Source of the DNA: Malacoraja senta | Lineage: Eukaryota | Direction: 5' to 3' | Assembly (NCBI GenBank): GCA_038087875.1 | Contig: CM075990.1 | Location: 18,354,001 to 18,418,000 of the forward strand | DNA length: 64,000 bases | Shown here: piece by piece, positions 61,401 to 64,000 of the stretch | Layout: each line of letters starts with the position of its first letter | Position numbering within the stretch: the first letter of the stretch is position 1 | Made by a program: the position numbers and the translations under genes | Notes under the pieces: generated by a model | Databases searched by the model: none | Seen by the model: only the letters and a program-made list of their open reading frames with translations | What the model was told of the DNA's origin: nothing

Positions 61401-64000
61401 TCGTCGTCTTCGTCGTCGTCGTCTTCGTCGTCGTCGTCTTCGTCGTCGTCGTCTTCGTCGTCGTCTTCTTCGTCGTCGTCTTCTTCGTCGTCGTCGTCTT
61501 CGTCGTCGTCGTCTTCGTCGTCGTCTTCTTCGTCGTCGTCTTCTTCGTCGTCGTCTTCTTCGTCGTCGTCTTCTTCGTCGTCGTCTTCTTCGTCGTCGTC
61601 TTCTTCGTCGTCGTCTTCTTCGTCGTCGTCTTCTTCGTCGTCGTCGTCTTCCTCGTCGTCTTCTTCGTCGTCGTCTTCTTCGTCGTCGTCTTCTTCGTCG
61701 TCGTCTTCTTCGTCGTCGTCTTCATCGTCATCGTCTTCTTCGTCGTCTTCTTCGTCGTCGTCTTCTTCGTCGTCGACTTCTTCGTCGTCGTCTTCTTCGT
61801 CGTCGTCTTCTTCGTCGTCGTCTTCTTCGTCGTCGTCTTCTTCGTCGTCGTCGTCTTCGTCGTCGTCGTCTTCGTCGTCGTCTTCATCGTCGTCGTCTTC
61901 TTCGTCGTCGTCTTCTTCGTCGTCGTCTTCGTTGTCCTCTTCGTCGTCGTCGTCTTCGTCGTCGTCGTCTTCGTCGTCGTCGTCTTCGTCGTCGTCGTCT
62001 TCGTCGTCGTCGTCTTCGTCGTCGTCGTCTTCGTCGTCGTCGTCTTCGTCGTCGTCTTCTTCGTCGTCGTCGTCTTCGTCGTCGTCGTCTTCGTCGTCGT
62101 CGTCTTCGTCGTCGTCTTCTTCGTCGTCGTCTTCTTCGTCGTCGTCTTCTTCGTCGTCGTCTTCTTCGTCGTCGTCTTCTTCGTCGTCGTCTTCTTCGTC
62201 GTCGTCTTCTTCGTCGTCGTCGTCTTCGTCGTCGTCTTCTTCGTCGTCGTCGTCTTCGTCGTCGTCTTCGTCGTCGTCCTCTTCGTCGTCGTCGCCTTCG
62301 TCGTCGTCGTCTTCGTCGTCGTCTACTTCGTCGTCGTCTTCTTCGTCGTCGTCGTCTTCGTCGTCGTCGTCTTAGTCGTCGTCTTCTTCGTCGTCGTCGT
62401 CTTCGTCGTCGTCGTCTTCGTCGTCGTCTTCTTCGTCGTCGTCGTCTTCGTCGTCGTCGTCTTCGTCGTCGTCTTCGTCGTCGTCATCTTCGTCGACGTC
62501 TACTTCGTCGTCGTCTTCTTCGTCGTCGTCTTCTTCGTCGTCGTCTTCTTCGTCGTCGTCTTCTTCGTCGTCGTCTTCTTCGTCGACGTCTTCTTCGTCG
62601 TCGTCTTCGTCGTCGTCTTCTTCTTCGTCGTCTTCTTCGTCGTCGTCTTCTTCGTCGTCGTCTTATTCGTCGTCGTCTTCTTCGTCGTCGTCTTCTTCGT
62701 CGTCGTCTTCTTCGTCGTCGTCTTCTTCGTCGTCGTCTTCTTCGTCGTCGTCTTCTTCGTCGTCGTCTTCTTCGTCGTCGTCTTCTTCGTCGTCGTCTTC
62801 TTCGTCGTCGTCTTCTTCTTCGTGGTCTTCTTCGTCGTCGACTTCTTCGTCGTCGTCTTCTTCGTCGTCGTCTTCGTCGTCATCGTCGTCGTCTTCGTCG
62901 TCGTCGTCTTCGTCGTCGTCTTCGTCGTCGTCGTCTTCGTCGTCGTCGTCTTCGTCGTCGTCGTCTTCGTCGTCGTCGTCTTCGTCGTCGTCGTCTTCGT
63001 CGTCGTCGTCTTCGTCGTCGTCTTCTTCGTCGTCGTCTTCTTCGTCGTCGTCGTCTTCGTCGTCGTCGTCTTCGTCGTCGTCTTCTTCGTCGTCGTCGTC
63101 TTCGTCGTCGTCTTCGTCGTCGTCTTCTTCGTCGTCGTCGTCTTCGTCGTCGTCGTCTTCGTCGTCGTCTTCGTCGTAGTCGTCTTCGTCGTCGCCTTCT
63201 TCGTCGTCGTCTTCTTCGTCGTCGTCTTCTTCGTCGTCGTCTTCTTCGTCGTCGTCTTCTTCGTCGTCGTCTTCTTCGTCGTCGTCTTCTTCGTCGTCGT
63301 CTTCTTCGTCGTCGTCTTCTTCGTCGTCGTCTTCTTCGTCGTCGTCTTCTTCGTCGTCGTCTTCTTCGTCGTCGTCTTCTTCGTCGTCGTCTTCTTCGTC
63401 GTCGTCTTCTTCGTCGTCGTCTTCTTCGTCGTCGTCTTCTTCGTCGTCGTCTTCATCGTCGTTGTCTTCTTCGTCGTCTTCTTCGTCGTCGTCTTCGTCG
63501 TCGACTTCTTCGTCGTCGTCTTGTTCGTCGTCGTCTTGTTCGTCGTCGTCTTCTTCGTCGTCGTCTTCTTCGTCGTCGTCGTCTTCGTCGTCGTCGTCTT
63601 CGTCGTCGTCTTCATCGTCGTCGTCTTCTTCGTCGTCGTCTTCTTCGTCGTCGTCTTCGTCGTCGTCGTCTTCGTCGTCGTCGTCGTCGTCTTCGTCGTC
63701 GTCGTCTTCGTCGTCGTCTTCGTCGTCGTCGTCTTCGTCGTCGTCGTCTTCGTCGTCGTCGTCTTCGTCGTCGTCGTCTTCGTCGTCGTCGTCTTCGTCG
63801 TCGTCTTCTTCGTCGTCGTCTTCTTCGTCGTCGTCGTCTTCGTCGTCGTCGTCTTCGTCGTCGTCTTCTTCGTCGTCGTCTTCTTCGTCGTCGTCTTCTT
63901 CGTCGTCGTCTTCTTCGTCGTCGTCTTCTTCGTCGTCGTCTTCTTCGTCGTCGTCTTCTTCGTCGTCGTCTTCTTCGTCGTCGTCGTCTTCGTCGTCGTC
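52401..64000. repeat. CpG-rich subtelomeric satellite (TCG)2-4(TCT)1-2, modal 15-mer TCGTCGTCGTCTTCT, with higher-order repeats
   Basis: Read directly from the sequence; runs to the end of the window. Confidence 0.97.

Noticed and set aside
52394..63615. Poly-Ser, Val/Phe and Thr/Lys ORFs up to 2048 aa, mucin-like in appearance
   Set aside because: Stop-poor triplet satellite open in several frames on both strands, with no unique domain, signal peptide or splice context.
52401..64000. Satellite as a nanopore miscall of CCCTAA (CTTCTT-type error)
   Set aside because: The dominant TCG triplets and reproducible higher-order markers argue for real sequence, though this is not excluded without reads.

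Overview
This is a eukaryotic chromosome-end region with TTAGGG-type telomeres; the C-rich strand is on +, so the terminus lies to the left. The host cannot be identified from the sequence. Bases 1-52400 are (CCCTAA)n tracts interleaved with co-oriented, near-identical copies of one Penelope-like retroelement (PLE). Bases 52401-64000 are a CpG-rich (TCG)n(TCT)m satellite. The reconstructed element is about 6.86 kb. It starts at a type I hammerhead ribozyme cleavage site and has a 592-aa ORF1 with a C-terminal SGNH/GDSL-like domain. A U_UUA_AAC -1 slippery site leads into an ORF2 with RT, a Cys-rich linker and a GIY-YIG endonuclease (Neptune-like). A 2.7-kb 3' UTR carries C/A-rich telomere-like repeats. 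Eight copies join telomeric DNA at the same internal CCTAACC site, 5'-truncated ends join telomere at ACCC/AACCC seeds, and five chimeric junctions fall exactly at the hammerhead GUC cleavage site. I infer an endonuclease-bearing PLE that is primed by telomere 3' ends and possibly uses ribozyme-cut or circular RNA templates, with later recombinational amplification. A 200-N gap (21191-21390) and homopolymer frameshifts limit certainty about order and copy integrity.
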